From Cirrosporium novae-zelandiae (taxonomy: Eukaryota), in assembly GCA_026023565.1 (NCBI GenBank), contig JAPETS010000001.1, forward strand, positions 124,001 through 188,000: 64,000 nucleotides of DNA, in the 5' to 3' direction. The notes beneath the pieces are model-generated. The model was not told the DNA's origin. It worked only from the letters and a program-made list of their open reading frames with translations, and did no database searches. Within the stretch, counting starts at the first letter, position 1; the number at the start of each line of letters is the position of its first letter. Positions 26,512-39,102 of this stretch are shown in pieces. The translations under genes and the position numbers were made by a program.

Positions 26512-27897
26512 TCACCATCGGAATGAATTTGTTTTGGTGTAATCCCCGTCAACGAAACCCTCGTCCTCCATGGGGTCCTCTCCATCACTCATTTCTTCGT
26601 CAAAGACTTCGAATTTTGTCCCCAAGGCTTCTCTTCCTTCTTTGATCATTGCTTTTAGTTGCGCATTTAATCTTCTCATACTCGCATCTTCTTCATGTTC
26701 GCGCTTTTTGGCCTTAGCCACGTATCGTTGTGACTCTTCCGACATGGGACTGCTTTTTGCGCCTCGTGAATATGGCGAGGCAAACGAGGAAGGCTTTTCC
26801 GAGTATAGAGCTGGGGAGCTCGCTTGAGATGGATATGAGGGTCGCGAAGATGGTACAATAGGTCTTCGAATTGCCCTCGAGGAGAGTGAGCGACTATGTG
26901 TGTGCGTTCGCCGAACGGGTGTACTGTATTTTGGAATTTTTCGAGTCGAGACACGCGAAGGGCTAGGATCTCGAGATGATTCCACTCCGTCTTCAACCAT
27001 CACCCAACTTGTCTTCAGTTCTGCCTCCCCCTTTTCGCGCTGAATCCTCTTGCTTGGCCTCATAGGCGTATCATAGTCCCGAGACATGTAGTCATTAGCA
27101 ATTCCTTCAGGGGGATATTGCCCTGGCAGTGGCGTCGAAGTTCGTTCCATCCTGAACGAGTCGCATTTTTCTGATACTTCTGACCATATGCTTTGGTCAA
27201 GACTGTGGTTCCCATTCGGAACACCATTCGCAGAGTAGGCCTGCCCACCGCCAGCATGAAACCCTCGAAACGCGCCTGTCCTACAAAATTGCCATACTTT
27301 TCCTGCAACACCTCCAAAAACCTGAAAAAGCGCGCTTCCCCAACCATTGTGACCCTCGTTCAATTGAGCTTGCTGCTGGCTATAACGCTGAGAAATTAGA
27401 GGATTCGGCGCATTTTGCGCGTACATTTCCTGTGGCTGTATGGATTGCGATGGATAGTCTTCCCATCCGCGACGAAAGCCCATGTCTGTATGGGTTGCCG
27501 GCTCGTCCTTGTCGTATGATGCAGCAGCCGACGCGGTCGGCGTGTCAAGTCCACCTGCAAGAAGGTATTTGGTATCAACGAATGGAGCTGGACTTGGTGC
27601 TGTGGCAGCAGCAAAGGAAGCCGGGGCGGAAGTCGAATTTAGATTCGACCAACGGGTTGAGTTTGTAGTCTGTCCGAACGATTCAGGTAGAGAGAATTCA
27701 TGACGATGGCGCTTTCGCGATAGGGTACTATATGAAGACGGTCCTCTGCTAGATGCAGATTGATGAAGAGAGGATTTCGAAGATGGAGTTCGGGGCGGTC
27801 TGAAAATGTTGGAGTTTGCGCCGACAGTATTGTGATCTAGCTTTGGAGCAAGAGACACAAAGGCTCCAGGGATTGAAGGATATGCACCAGTCGCCAT
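26512..27897 (-). CDS. Hypothetical protein (Ser/Pro/Arg-rich, C-terminal coiled coil)
   Basis: 461-aa ATG-started ORF with conserved-looking blocks (YLLAGGLDTP, GGVAGKVWQFCRTGAFRGFHAGGG, MRRLNAQLKAMIKEGREALGTKFEV). Confidence 0.8.
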   Translation of the reverse strand: MATGAYPSIPGAFVSLAPKLDHNTVGANSNIFRPPRTPSSKSSLHQSASSRGPSSYSTLSRKRHRHEFSLPESFGQTTNSTRWSNLNSTSAPASFAAATAPSPAPFVDTKYLLAGGLDTPTASAAASYDKDEPATHTDMGFRRGWEDYPSQSIQPQEMYAQNAPNPLISQRYSQQQAQLNEGHNGWGSALFQVFGGVAGKVWQFCRTGAFRGFHAGGGQAYSANGVPNGNHSLDQSIWSEVSEKCDSFRMERTSTPLPGQYPPEGIANDYMSRDYDTPMRPSKRIQREKGEAELKTSWVMVEDGVESSRDPSPSRVSTRKIPKYSTPVRRTHTHSRSLSSRAIRRPIVPSSRPSYPSQASSPALYSEKPSSFASPYSRGAKSSPMSEESQRYVAKAKKREHEEDASMRRLNAQLKAMIKEGREALGTKFEVFDEEMSDGEDPMEDEGFVDGDYTKTNSFRW

Positions 27898-28447
27898 GTC
27901 ATGAAATTTTTTGTGTTGTGAAGAATGTGGAGATAATGGGGGGTCAGCAGGAGATGAGATTGATCACATATGCGGGAAAGAATGTGGCGCATGAGGTTTT
28001 TTTCGATATTGCTGGTAACGAAGTGTTGGGGTTCGTCTTGGGAGCTGTAGCCTCGTCCTCGTAAGCTTTCCTTGTGATGAGCTTTCGCCAATCCAAGGGT
28101 CACCCTGAGCAACCGAATTTAACCGACCGACTTTTCAACCACTCATCTACTGTCTGTCTATATCATGTCTATATTATCTATAATGTCATCTATTATTCAT
28201 CGTTCAAGTACTTTGTTATTCTTCTTCGACAACTCTTCGACCACTCTTCGACAACTTACACACTCTCTGGATTGAGCATCGAGGATCCAAAGCTTATGGA
28301 TTCCAATTTCAATAAATCTCAATTCGGACTAGACTCCAGACGGAGCTGAAATATACATTTATGAATAATGTCCATCGTTTCACTAGGATAACGCTGTCAG
28401 TTGATAGCTTCAATTTCATTTCTTTCAGTCAGTCAATTTATCATGAA

Positions 28448-28959
28448 CTACAGCTTCTGCATTTTCCACTCCTTTCCGCTCGCCCTCATGGCATTCTCTC
28501 CATCTACCAGGACGCACCATCCATCTCCACCGACCCCAGCTTGAAATTCCTTTTTCGCATACTCCAATCCCTCTTCGTCAAAGCTTCCAGGTTGCAGCCA
28601 TACTGCTGGTATTCCTACCTCCTTGGCTTCCTTGAGGATCTTCAGTGTTGCTGGCGGAGGAGTAATAATGGACAACGAAGTCTCTTTGGGATCAGTGAGA
28701 GCCGAAGGTGAGGATACAGTCGAATATGTCTGCGATGGAAGGGAGATTTGAGGAGCGCGCGGATTTATTGGTGTGACTGGGAGAGAATGGGCATGATACC
28801 AGGCAAGGACTGGTTTGGTGTTATTGTTGGTGTTCTCGTTTGATCTAGTAACGAGAACTAAACCGACCCACCTTTGTAGCCAAATTTGCTGCTATCTTGA
28901 CTTGCTCCTGCCACAGCAAAGCGGGTAGATGAGAAAAAGACCTTTGCCGCCGACTCCAT
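28448..28959 (-). CDS. CoA-binding (YccU-like, Rossmann-fold) protein; intron 28810-28871
   Basis: Spliced product MESAAKVFFSSTRFAVAGASQDSSKFGYKVLAWYHAHSLPVTPINP...SIITPP..T...LKEA....PAVWLQPGSFD...WCVLVDGE. Confidence 0.87.
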
Positions 28960-29218
28960 TGTATTAGATTAAGATAAAATTAAGTCGAGATAGGAAAAAA
29001 TTGACCTGAATATCACATGGGAATGAGGTTGTTTGGAAGTCGTGGGAGACAGAGAGAGCACTTGCTATGTTGGGGAAAGCGTGAATTGCGGGGATGATAG
29101 TGTTATACGAGCTCTGATTGGTCCTGACAGGTACTGGTACTAACAGAACTGGGCAATGATGACGATGGATAGATAGGGTTAAAAACGGTAGAAACGGAAA
29201 GTGATTGCATAAGATTCA

Positions 29219-29304
29219 GGTGGTTTAGTGGTTAGTGGTTTAGTGGTTAGTGGTTAGTGGTCAGTGGTCAGTGGTCAGTGGTCAGTGGTCAGTGGTCAGT
29301 GGTT
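29219..29304. repeat. 7-bp tandem repeat (AGTGGTT / AGTGGTC)
   Basis: About 12 units visible; the unit shifts from AGTGGTT to AGTGGTC along the array. Confidence 0.9.
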
Positions 29305-30908
29305 CATGATAAGCTTGACATTGTTCGGATCTACTCCATCGGCGGATCGGATCATGAAAACTGGTCAGGCCGTCCGTCAGCCATCATGAACCATTTTATC
29401 AGATTTCAACGTCTATTGGATATTCTATAATCCTACAGAGACAAGCAATCGTTCGATCTGACCTTCTAGTGGTGTTCGATAATAATTGAATCTCTTATGA
29501 AATGGTCGAGGTAAGGATCATGCTGTACAGAAACACACCTCCCTCCTATCAGTTCTCAAAGCAAGGGAGGGGGTGGTCTAGAAAAAGAGACCACGTTCAC
29601 AAAATAGCCGACGGATTGAACCAGAGGCAAAAAAACCTAGTTGATGTTTTTTTCTTTATTCATTTTTATGAAAAAAAGACCTAAAAGTTAGCCGACATGG
29701 CTATATGGGTATTATATTATTTTTTTTTGGCATCAGTCTCCTGACCTAAATTGTCGAGTAGAGCATTATGCTCTCAATTCAAATTTAATTCCGAATATTG
29801 TCAAGGGTGGGAGGTTTGGGATTCTCGGAGATGACCGAGGAAGCCGACAAAACACATGAAAGAACAAAATTTACAAGCATTATCCTAACTCACCATTTCC
29901 TCTCCTAGCTGGTATTTTTTGGTATTCCATTCATGCCCGTCAAGCCCGTCAAGTTTTGGGTCCTTGGAAAACAGTCAAACCGTCAACTATGGGAAATGAC
30001 GGTGAGACGGTAAAAAATGCATTTTCCGCCGTCATCATCTTCTTCTGCTCCTCTCCGCCTCCTCCTCCCCAGAAAGACTGGGAAGTCTCTTTCCGCGTTT
30101 TGCCGTGGGCAAGTTTTCTGGAGAAAAATTTTCAACGCCCCATTATTTCCAATCCCCACGGTGACTAACCAGAGCACTAACTAACAACAACAAGTGCCTC
30201 TGAAGGATTTAGGCGTGCCGCGATCCGTAACTCTCGTGAAGCCATTGACAGTTGATCGACCTCCACTGAAAATCATTCAGGGAGAGCTGACTGTATCACA
30301 AAATGACTATATATTATTTGGAAAGGAAAGCCAAGATGGACCATGTAAATATCGGCAAGGGATGAGGGAATAGGAGAAAGTAATATTGGTCAGCCTTGTG
30401 CATTGGGTGATATATATAAAATCCTGGAGGGGGTTTAGAACCCTGGGAAAATAGATGTCTGGCAAGACTTTGGACATAAATAGGTACTTTCTTCATATTT
30501 TTCGAAGCTGAAATGCCGACAATGGTGTGCCTGTCCCTTTTGGATAGGGTTTCACAAAAAAGAGGGGCAGCAGGCAGGTGATGGGTGGATGGATGACCAC
30601 AGGAAGATAATTGGGTGTGCGGCTGAGGAGAATGGAGACCTGAATGTTCTGGAAGGCTTCTGGCACGATACTTGGAGCTATAATCCAAGTTGACTTGCGT
30701 GCATTAGAGCAATACTTTTTAGAGGGCAGCATGATGATAAACCGATACACACACAGGAGAAGACCTAATTAGAGAGAGGTTGATTAAGGAATAAGAGAAA
30801 AGAGAGGGGGTGAGGGGAGATGGGGAGGGGGGGGGGGGGATGTTACGTGGACTTTGGTTGGAAGTTGGAACTATTCAGGTACTGGCACTGGTTTACTGGA
30901 ACTTGGTT

Positions 30909-30994
30909 CTGACTGGTACTGACTGGCTGGTACTGACTGGCTGGTACTGACTGGCTGGTACTGACTGGCTGGTACTGACTGACTGACTGGTACT
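30909..30994. repeat. 14-bp minisatellite (CTGACTGGCTGGTA) with variants
   Basis: About four full units plus partial CTGA units. Confidence 0.88.
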
Positions 30995-31356
30995 TTGTTG
31001 TTTCTACTTATTCTACTGCCGTTTTACTACCGTTCTATTGCCGTTTTAATGCACTTGCACTGCCCTTCCCACTTTACATTTTTCTCTTTCCCTCTATTAT
31101 TTTTTCCCCCCCCATAGATATATTTTCGGGTGGCTGTGAATTTCGGAACAATTACTTGTATTGTGGCAGAACCCCCGCTCGAAAAAAAAAAAAAAGATTT
31201 TTGATTTTTGAATCATTTATTTTATTTTTTTCGCTCTTCTCGCTTTCCCACTTTCCACTTCCAACTTTCCCACTTTCCACTTTCAATTTTAGGCTAAGCT
31301 CCGTTGAAGAACCGAGGGAAAACTGCCTTTTGGGAGTACACACTTTACTACCCAGA

Positions 31357-31441
31357 AACTGCCAAAAACTGCCAAAAACTGCCAAAAACTGCTGCAAGGT
31401 CTACTTTACAACTCCCTCCCTGTCCCTCTCATATCCCAACC

Positions 31442-31470
<29 letters not shown>
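31357..31470. repeat. Short tandem repeats (AAAACTGCCA) and (CAACCCT)
   Basis: Visible at ~31357-31392 and ~31437-31470. Confidence 0.8.
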
Positions 31471-31472
<2 letters not shown>

Positions 31473-32131
31473 GACCCTCTCTACCCGACCCGACCCTCGA
31501 GCCAATCCGGCCAATCCACCCAATCCACCCAGTTCAACCAATCCCAAACCAACTTCAACTCCTCCAGTCCCCGCTAGAGGGAAATAGAAAAGAGAAAAGA
31601 AAAAAAAAAAAACACACAAAAAAGTCCCTTGGACCTTAATCTGCATCTCGTTGGCCAATATTTTCGTATCTAGCTAATATTCGGTCGACGCTACTGCTCG
31701 TACGGTCAAGGATCGCATGATAACGACACCACCCACACAGCCACCAACGTCCTTCTCTGCAGCGACTCCATCCATTCCATCCACTCCATCCACTCCATCC
31801 ACGGCTCACCACTCTTGATTCTACCCTAAGATCCTTTAGATCATCTCGCCTTCGACCTCTTCTGCATCCGCATCCACATCCCACGACATCCCAACAAACC
31901 AACTCTCACTCTCCGTTTGGACGTCTTCATATTTCAAACTGTCGTCGCTGATATCGCAACATTCACCTAAACATATCCACTCCATATCTTTCGCTTATTA
32001 GCTCTGGGTGTTTATGGCCCGTGACAATTGAATCTGATCTCGACTCCATCCCCTCCAACTCGGCCCCCATAAACCCCACAACCTGTCATCTTTCCGCCCC
32101 AGGTGTCAACCACCGACTTCCACAAACCACC

Positions 32132-33818
32132 ATGGAAACCTTCGACACCATGACTATGCAATACCTCGCTAGTCCTCTATCACTGAACGCTGCTGGGAAT
32201 GATTATCTCAATGCCATGCAGCCCATGGATATGCAGGACCGTCAATCCAATTTCGATACCGAGACCTTCGTGGGGTAAGACCTGATGAGTACTACAGGAA
32301 TCGCTCTGCGCTGATACGGAATACAGTTCTGAAGATTTTGGCTATGGCCCTCCTCAAAACTTCCAACCACAAATGAGACGATTTCCAAGCAATTTCGAAG
32401 ACCCATTTGCCGATGCTTTGGCCCAGTTTCCTCCCCAACAACAGCAGCAGGAAGAAACCACGGCCGACTCCACCATCGAACGTGATAACAAGCTTCTCGG
32501 CTTCTCCTTTCCTACATTCAACTTTAACCTGCTCGATTATTCGCTCCGAAGGGCGACAATCTCCTTATCAGCGCAGCTTCATGGCATGTTCTTCTTAGCC
32601 GAGTCCCCATGGACGGCTGCTGGGGAACCATCGGGTCCTCCCTCAGAACTCACTTGTTATCGCCGCAACCTCTTCCAGATTACTGGACAAGTAGTGTTAC
32701 CGCGAACATTACGTTTCATTCTAACCGACCAAGGCGATCAGATTCCCATTTTAGGCCAAGAATTGCACATCTCTGCTACCGAATCGGTGGAAGGTAACCC
32801 GGTGAAGATTATCTCGGTGCCCTGGAAGACTCCCGCTTCGAACCAACAAGCCACACCGGAAGATAAATCAGAAAAGGAACCGCCTTCGGTTCCACTGGAC
32901 CTGATGTCGAATCAAGATATGGACTCGGAATTCGCAACGTTCCCGTTTGCCTGGAAACGCCTACAATTTCGGATCGCAACGGCCAACAACGGAAGACGAA
33001 AGGAATTGCAACAGCACTTTGTTGTTAAGCTACAGGTGATGGCTACGCTGTCTACTGGAGGAAAAATCTCCATCTGCGAAGTTCAATCCGGTCCGATTAT
33101 CGTCCGCGGCCGAAGTCCACGAAACTTTCAATCAAGAAAAGACTTGCCGTTGAACGGCGGCAGTGTTTCTGCCCGCAAGTCGCATGCCCCTACGAGACAA
33201 AATACGGGAGACTCCGGACCACGTCCAGTACCCAAATCAGAGAAAAGTCCAGAGGTATCACAAATTGTATTTCAATACGAACAAAACAACAATCAGACCT
33301 CTCCAAATGCTGACGGCTGGAATAAGAAACCCGCGCTTCCAAATACTGCCATGGCGGCCGCACCACCTCCCAGTAGCCATGGCCGCAAACGTTCCTACGC
33401 GAAATCTAGTCCCGAAATGAGCAGATCAGAACCACACCCTCCGCCATCTGCCCCAATAAACCTTTCCCTTACCGAGGACGAGACAAAAACCAAAGTGACC
33501 CAACTCTCCCCATCGAAAATGCGATCTAATACCACCTCTGGTGCCAATGCAGTTCCTCAAAATAGATACAAGATGCCTCGTCTGAGCTCTCATAACATGT
33601 CACCCTCACTTTCCGACGGGAGCGTCAAATATATTTCTAGCCCCGACGAGAGTGCCGATCTCCTGTACGAATACTTCCCTCTGGGTCTGGATGATTGGAT
33701 GCCACCGGTGGATGCCGTGTACAGGCCTCATGTGGTTCACCACACCAAAACAATAGCCGATCCAAAAGAAATGGCCGTAAGAAATCGAACCAAGAGATAC
33801 TTTAGCAGCGAGGAATAG
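32132..33818 (+). CDS. NDT80/PhoG-family transcription factor (VIB-1/XprG/RON1-like); intron 32275-32326
   Basis: SAQLHGMFFLAES, ELTCYRRNLFQITG, WKRLQFRIATANNGRRKELQQHF, PIIVRGRSPRNF, and C-terminal LLYEYFPLGLDDWMPPVDAVYRPHVVHH. Exon 1 (ACC ATG G context) splices in frame. Confidence 0.92.
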
Positions 33819-36325
33819 CACCCTCAGTTGGGGTCCCCGTTTGCTCCTTTGAAATAACTCGAAGCTCTTTTTTTGTCGGGTCTCACCGAAGTGGTCTACG
33901 GTATCACTTCGGATCTTCTTGTCAGCTCCTCTGAAGCACGAATGCATAGAGCCATGTAAAGATGATCAAGGATTGAATGAATGATGATACCCTGGAGTGA
34001 GGACAGATGCGATCTTTATGATGAAGCACCAAAGACGGTGATCGAGGACCCTGACACTGGAGCAGAGGTCCTGATGCAACGAAACAGGAACCCGACGAAA
34101 TCTGCATTATATTATGAAATCGCTAATGACATTTATGACATGGGAAAGATGGATTGAACCCCGTTTCGACCGGGGCAATCTTGTGAGCTTTATCTTGCGA
34201 CGGTGCATTTTTGTGGGAGTCTGTACAACATTTGAATATTTCATGGAAGCTTGCTTTTGTTCAAGTTGATCGCATGATACCTTGTCACTCGGATCCACTG
34301 GCTACAATATATTTACACGTGGGTTATCCGACAGAACGGTTAAGGTACCGTGGAAAAAAAAAGAAGTGAAACGGCAAGGTACCTAAGGCCGAGGGGTTGG
34401 CGTCAATGCGGAAGGATCTATCACTGCTGGAGTTGGGAGTAGACAAGGGGGAAGAACTGCACTACCAAAGGCAGCAGAAGGGAATACACCAAGACTCGCA
34501 GGGAAAATGGCTAGGGTCGGACTCATGATGATGATACCATTTCTACTCTTAAACCGACATTTATTTTCTTCTCAACCATTTTATTATTCCATCTGATCCT
34601 TATGAAAAGCCATGCAGGGTATATCTCCGGGCTATCCATCTCTGTGGGGATGGATGGTGAGCATGATGACCTGAACTGGTGGTACTACAGGCCAGGACAC
34701 AAAGTGCGTATCATGTATCATATAGAACCAAAAATAAAGATGCCTGATGGCTTATTCATGGGAAGAAAAGACAAGGTGTAACATTGTCGGGCAGGGTCTG
34801 TAGAGATGATTCAACGGTGGTTTCTCCGTAGCGTTCACATGAGAAGTAGAGCAAGAAGGAGGCAGGATATATGTACGCTGCTGGGGATGTCCGCATTGAC
34901 CTGATCTAAGATTAGTCAAGCTAGAGAATAAATAAGAAGATGACTAAAAGGAATAAAGTGAAGAGGCAAAGGTTAAGTATCCACTCCTGATTCAGTTAAA
35001 ACAGGAAAAGGGGGGATGGAAATTGAGGCTGAGCCGACTGGGTCAGGATGGGAAATATTGAACCCCTGTCGGACTGCACCTGATTGGTGAGTAGGTGGAT
35101 GGGTCAAGTGGGCAGGCACCAAGAAAGGAAGCATGAAGTTTAATATAATGGGTTGGATGATTTCATGGTGGGAATCTAATTTCTAACTGTAACCAACTCT
35201 TCCCGCAGAACCCTTTTTTGACTATTGTATTTCCCAGGAGAGGAAACAAACCAGGTGAGAATAATGAGATGGCGAATATATAGATCAAAGTTAATCTATG
35301 ACGATTCCAGATGTTTTTGTTTTTGTTTTTTTTTGTTTTTTTTCCGAGTCGAGGATTAAGGATGGATTGAATAATTAAGTGGAACAGAGAAAAAGCAGAA
35401 AAGAGAGATGTAGGTAAGCTTACCAGGTTTTATGGTATTGACACGGGTGACCAGATTTGTTGCCCCACGCGAAACAAGTTGAGTGCAGCAAAGGTCGGAT
35501 AAGGGCAGCACTAAGAAGGATGTAAAGAACTTGGCATCACTTGGCATTTTCATAGTTGTCCAATCATTTCTTGACAATCAATGCAAATCACTAAATTCAT
35601 CGAATCTCCGCTCGTTTGTCAAGTTACCTTTTTTTATGATCCCTTCTATAGACTATCCCCCCCCGAACTGGTCGCTCTGGAAGAGCTACATTATCCGAGT
35701 CCCTGAAACAGAGAAGCTCCAAAATACCGTCCAAATACCGTCCAAATACCGTCCAAATACTCTCTAAATACTCTCTAAATCCAGCCAAGAAAAAAACCCC
35801 CCGAGAGACCCCCCCCCCCTCCCAGAAAGGCCGCTATCTTCTCGGCGGCGTCTTGTCGTCCATTACCCTTCTGCCATGACCTTGGGTATTGCCACCATAC
35901 TGTTTATGGGTACAGCATGCCATGGACATCCAAGATAGTGGTGGCACTTGTGTGCCTTGCCCAACGTTCCCCATTACCAAAATACGAAGAAACCAGGGAA
36001 ACCAGGGCCACTCTTCCTTTCTCTTGTCTTGTAAACTAATTCACTCATTACCGCTGTCTACCTTTTCACTTTCCACTTTTCCTTCCTTGCATCCACCACC
36101 CATTGTCTCTCTTTCTCCATCCTCATCTCTATCTTGATCCTTCTTTATTGTTCTTTGAGGTACCCATTCATTGCTCAGCGTCAGTGGATATGCTGCGAGG
36201 ACACTGACCCTAAGCTCTATTAACTTCTGTACCTGGACTCCTTTCGATCGCTAAGAAGTATAAACAAAAACATTCCGGTGTCATACAGCAACACCTTGAA
36301 AAACATTCTGGTGTCACACAACACC

Positions 36326-37756
36326 ATGTCATTCGCTGAAGTGCGTTCTAAGCTGGAAGAGATGGACTTTCTTACTATCAAAAGCTCCAAGAGGCGCACC
36401 AAGTTCATCGCCTGTGTGGGCATTGCCGCTCTTTTCTTTTTTGTTCTGCTATCATCCACGATATCTTTTGGTCACCCGCCGCCGCCAGATCAGATGCGTG
36501 TTTTATTGCCCAAGGTCTACGATCATAATGCAGAATTGGTGAAGCCAAAAGATCTGAAAGTGGTTGCATTTGTATTTTATGGGCGACGGGATAGAGTCAA
36601 GGTCCTGGAATGCTACCTCAGGGTATGTTGATCTTTCAATTTGGAGGAGAAATATGCTGACCATGATGAAGAGGAATTTGGTCGAATACGGAGGTTGGGT
36701 GGACGAAGTACACTGGGTTGCAAACACAGACAAGCAAGACGACCTGCAGTATCTCGACAACTCAATCATACCATCGCATAAAAAATATAAGAAAATCTCG
36801 TTGCACGACCTTGGATTCTACAACGGATTTCAGAGTGTCTGGGAGACTGTCGAGAGAGGGGTTATGTATGTGAAGATCGATGATGATGTGGTATGTCTTG
36901 AATTTGGTTGATTTGGTTTAATTATCTTGATTTCCTAATGGCTCCATAGCTCTATATCGCCGATGATACCATCCCCCGCATTGTCACAACCAAACTCACC
37001 AATCCAGAATATCATGTCGTAAGTGCGAACATGATCAACAACCCTCTCCTGGGTTGGGTGCATGCGAAACTCGGCGCGATTCACCCCTACTTCCCTGAAT
37101 TCGACCCCGAAGTGGCCCCCCTGAAGAAAGATGATTCTCCGTCCCCAGATTGGCACATGTCAGAACTCCCTGCATGGACTGGTCCAGAAAACTACACCTT
37201 CTCTATCGATTCCGAACCTCTTGAGCAAGGTCATCGTTGGCTGCCTGTCCGGTCCGGCCGTCGGGCTGCGCTGCTAGCGAAAACTCCAATCGCCCAAATA
37301 GAGTACGATACCTGGGGCACGGGAATTGAGAAGTGGCCTATTGCAGCACAGGAGCATTATTCCTTCCTGGCCAACCTTGAAAAGGGAAATCTAGACGTTT
37401 ACAAGGCAGGCAAAATCTGGATAGCAAATTATGAACGGACTAGCATCAATTGCATTGCTGTTTGGGGTGATGATGTGCTCGATACGCTGCCAATTACAGG
37501 TGGTATTGATGAGGAGTGGATTACCAAGGATATTCCAAAGAAGCTTGGAAAATGTACGTTTCTTGTTCCCTCTCCCTACTGCTTTCTTGTGTTGTGAGAT
37601 GGAATATTGATTAACATGGTTCCTACAGCCACCGTCATCGACATGCAAGCACTGGCCGTCCATTTCGCATTTGGTCCCCAGAAGAAGGGAATGGAGTCCA
37701 CCGATTTGATAGCTCGCTACCGGTCATACGCTAAAGACAACATCTGTTTGAGGTGA
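36326..37756 (+). CDS. Type II membrane putative glycosyltransferase (GT-A-like, DxD); introns 36623-36671, 36891-36949, 37554-37628
   Basis: Basic N-terminus followed by one TM helix (IACVGIAALFFFVLLS), VFYGRRDRV..L.CYL.RNL, YVKIDDDV and HFAFGPQ. Three canonical introns join the ORFs in frame. Confidence 0.75.
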
Positions 37757-39102
37757 CATCTGGATTGTCTGTCTCCTCCTCTCGATTGGTCCATTAGTAT
37801 CTGATCGATACCTGCTTATAATTTGAATAATTAAAATAATCAATGACGATCGACGTCTGCTCGAGCGGCCTCATGTGGTCCCACATCTCTCAGAAGACGT
37901 GGGAATATTATACGGCTATCCAACTGCATTTTCCATTATCTATACATCCAATGATCACAGGCGTCTAGCTCCTCAAGAGCAACTTACCCCCGCCGCCGCT
38001 GTCTGGCAGCATCTCGAAAGGTCATTGTGAGGATGAACCATTTAGATTTTTGGAACTTGACTTTGGACAGGATCATGGTTCGCGGTTCCGTCAAGCTTTA
38101 TAGGATGGGAAGAAGGTTATTGGATAAGCTTACATTGGATTGGTGATACTATTTACTTAATATTTAAGAGATACTCGAATGAAGATCTTTAATGGTTTGA
38201 CGAAGCGTCTCTGATTTGAATTTGGGTGGTTTGATTATTTTTTTCATGTTTTGAAAAGCGATGTTCGGTTCGGTGCATATCAAATAGCGACTTTTGTGCA
38301 TTTACACAAACTTTTCAGGATACCCACGAATAGCCACAAGAACCTTCAGGGCTACTTTCGATCCAAAGGCAGTGAAATAAACTTGTCCAAATAAATATAC
38401 ATTCCTAATTTGCGAATGGTTCGTTTCTCTTGGATTAACCAAACCCATAGAGTAATTTGGTCCAGCTCCAACAAATAGCCAACCACCGGAACCTATCGGC
38501 TTGCATCCGTAAGCGCTAAATGCGTGCCATGTAGTCATTAAGATAAATGTATTGGAGTTTCATTTGCGAAAAAAACTTGAAAGGTGTCTGGCTACGAAAT
38601 AATGGCGTTTCGTTAATGAAAATCGGTCATCAAACGAACTACCCCTCAGCTGCATCAAGCACTCTGGCTTTGGGGATTTCAAAAAGCCATGAAGGAGAAG
38701 TTATCCTTTGCAAAATTATTTTATCCTATGCATCCTTGCTATATAGAATATATGACCCGTCGTTACCTTTGTTTATACCACCTGAATTAACTTCAAGCCA
38801 TTTCTCGTTTACTAGTTACCTCGGACAACAAGTCCCCAGCGAGCAGAGCGATGTTGATGCATGCCTGAAAGATTATGTTTGGAATATTGTGCCTATGAAA
38901 CTGATAACATAATCCATATCATTGAAATTGATACCTGTCTATATTCAAGAGCGGTGTCTATTGAGGATATATATCTATAGTGCGCCGGGGACCAGAAAAT
39001 GAAGAAGCACTGAAGAGGAGGTATATATGGTGACGATATGGCAATCAATAGCTTTTAACTTCAACCATTGACCTCGACCATCACTCGCTATTCGGTACAA
39101 CA

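Noticed and set aside
29219..30994. Tandem arrays as CRISPR or telomeric repeats
   Set aside because: There are no unique spacers and the context is eukaryotic. The units are not TTAGGG and lie internally between genes.
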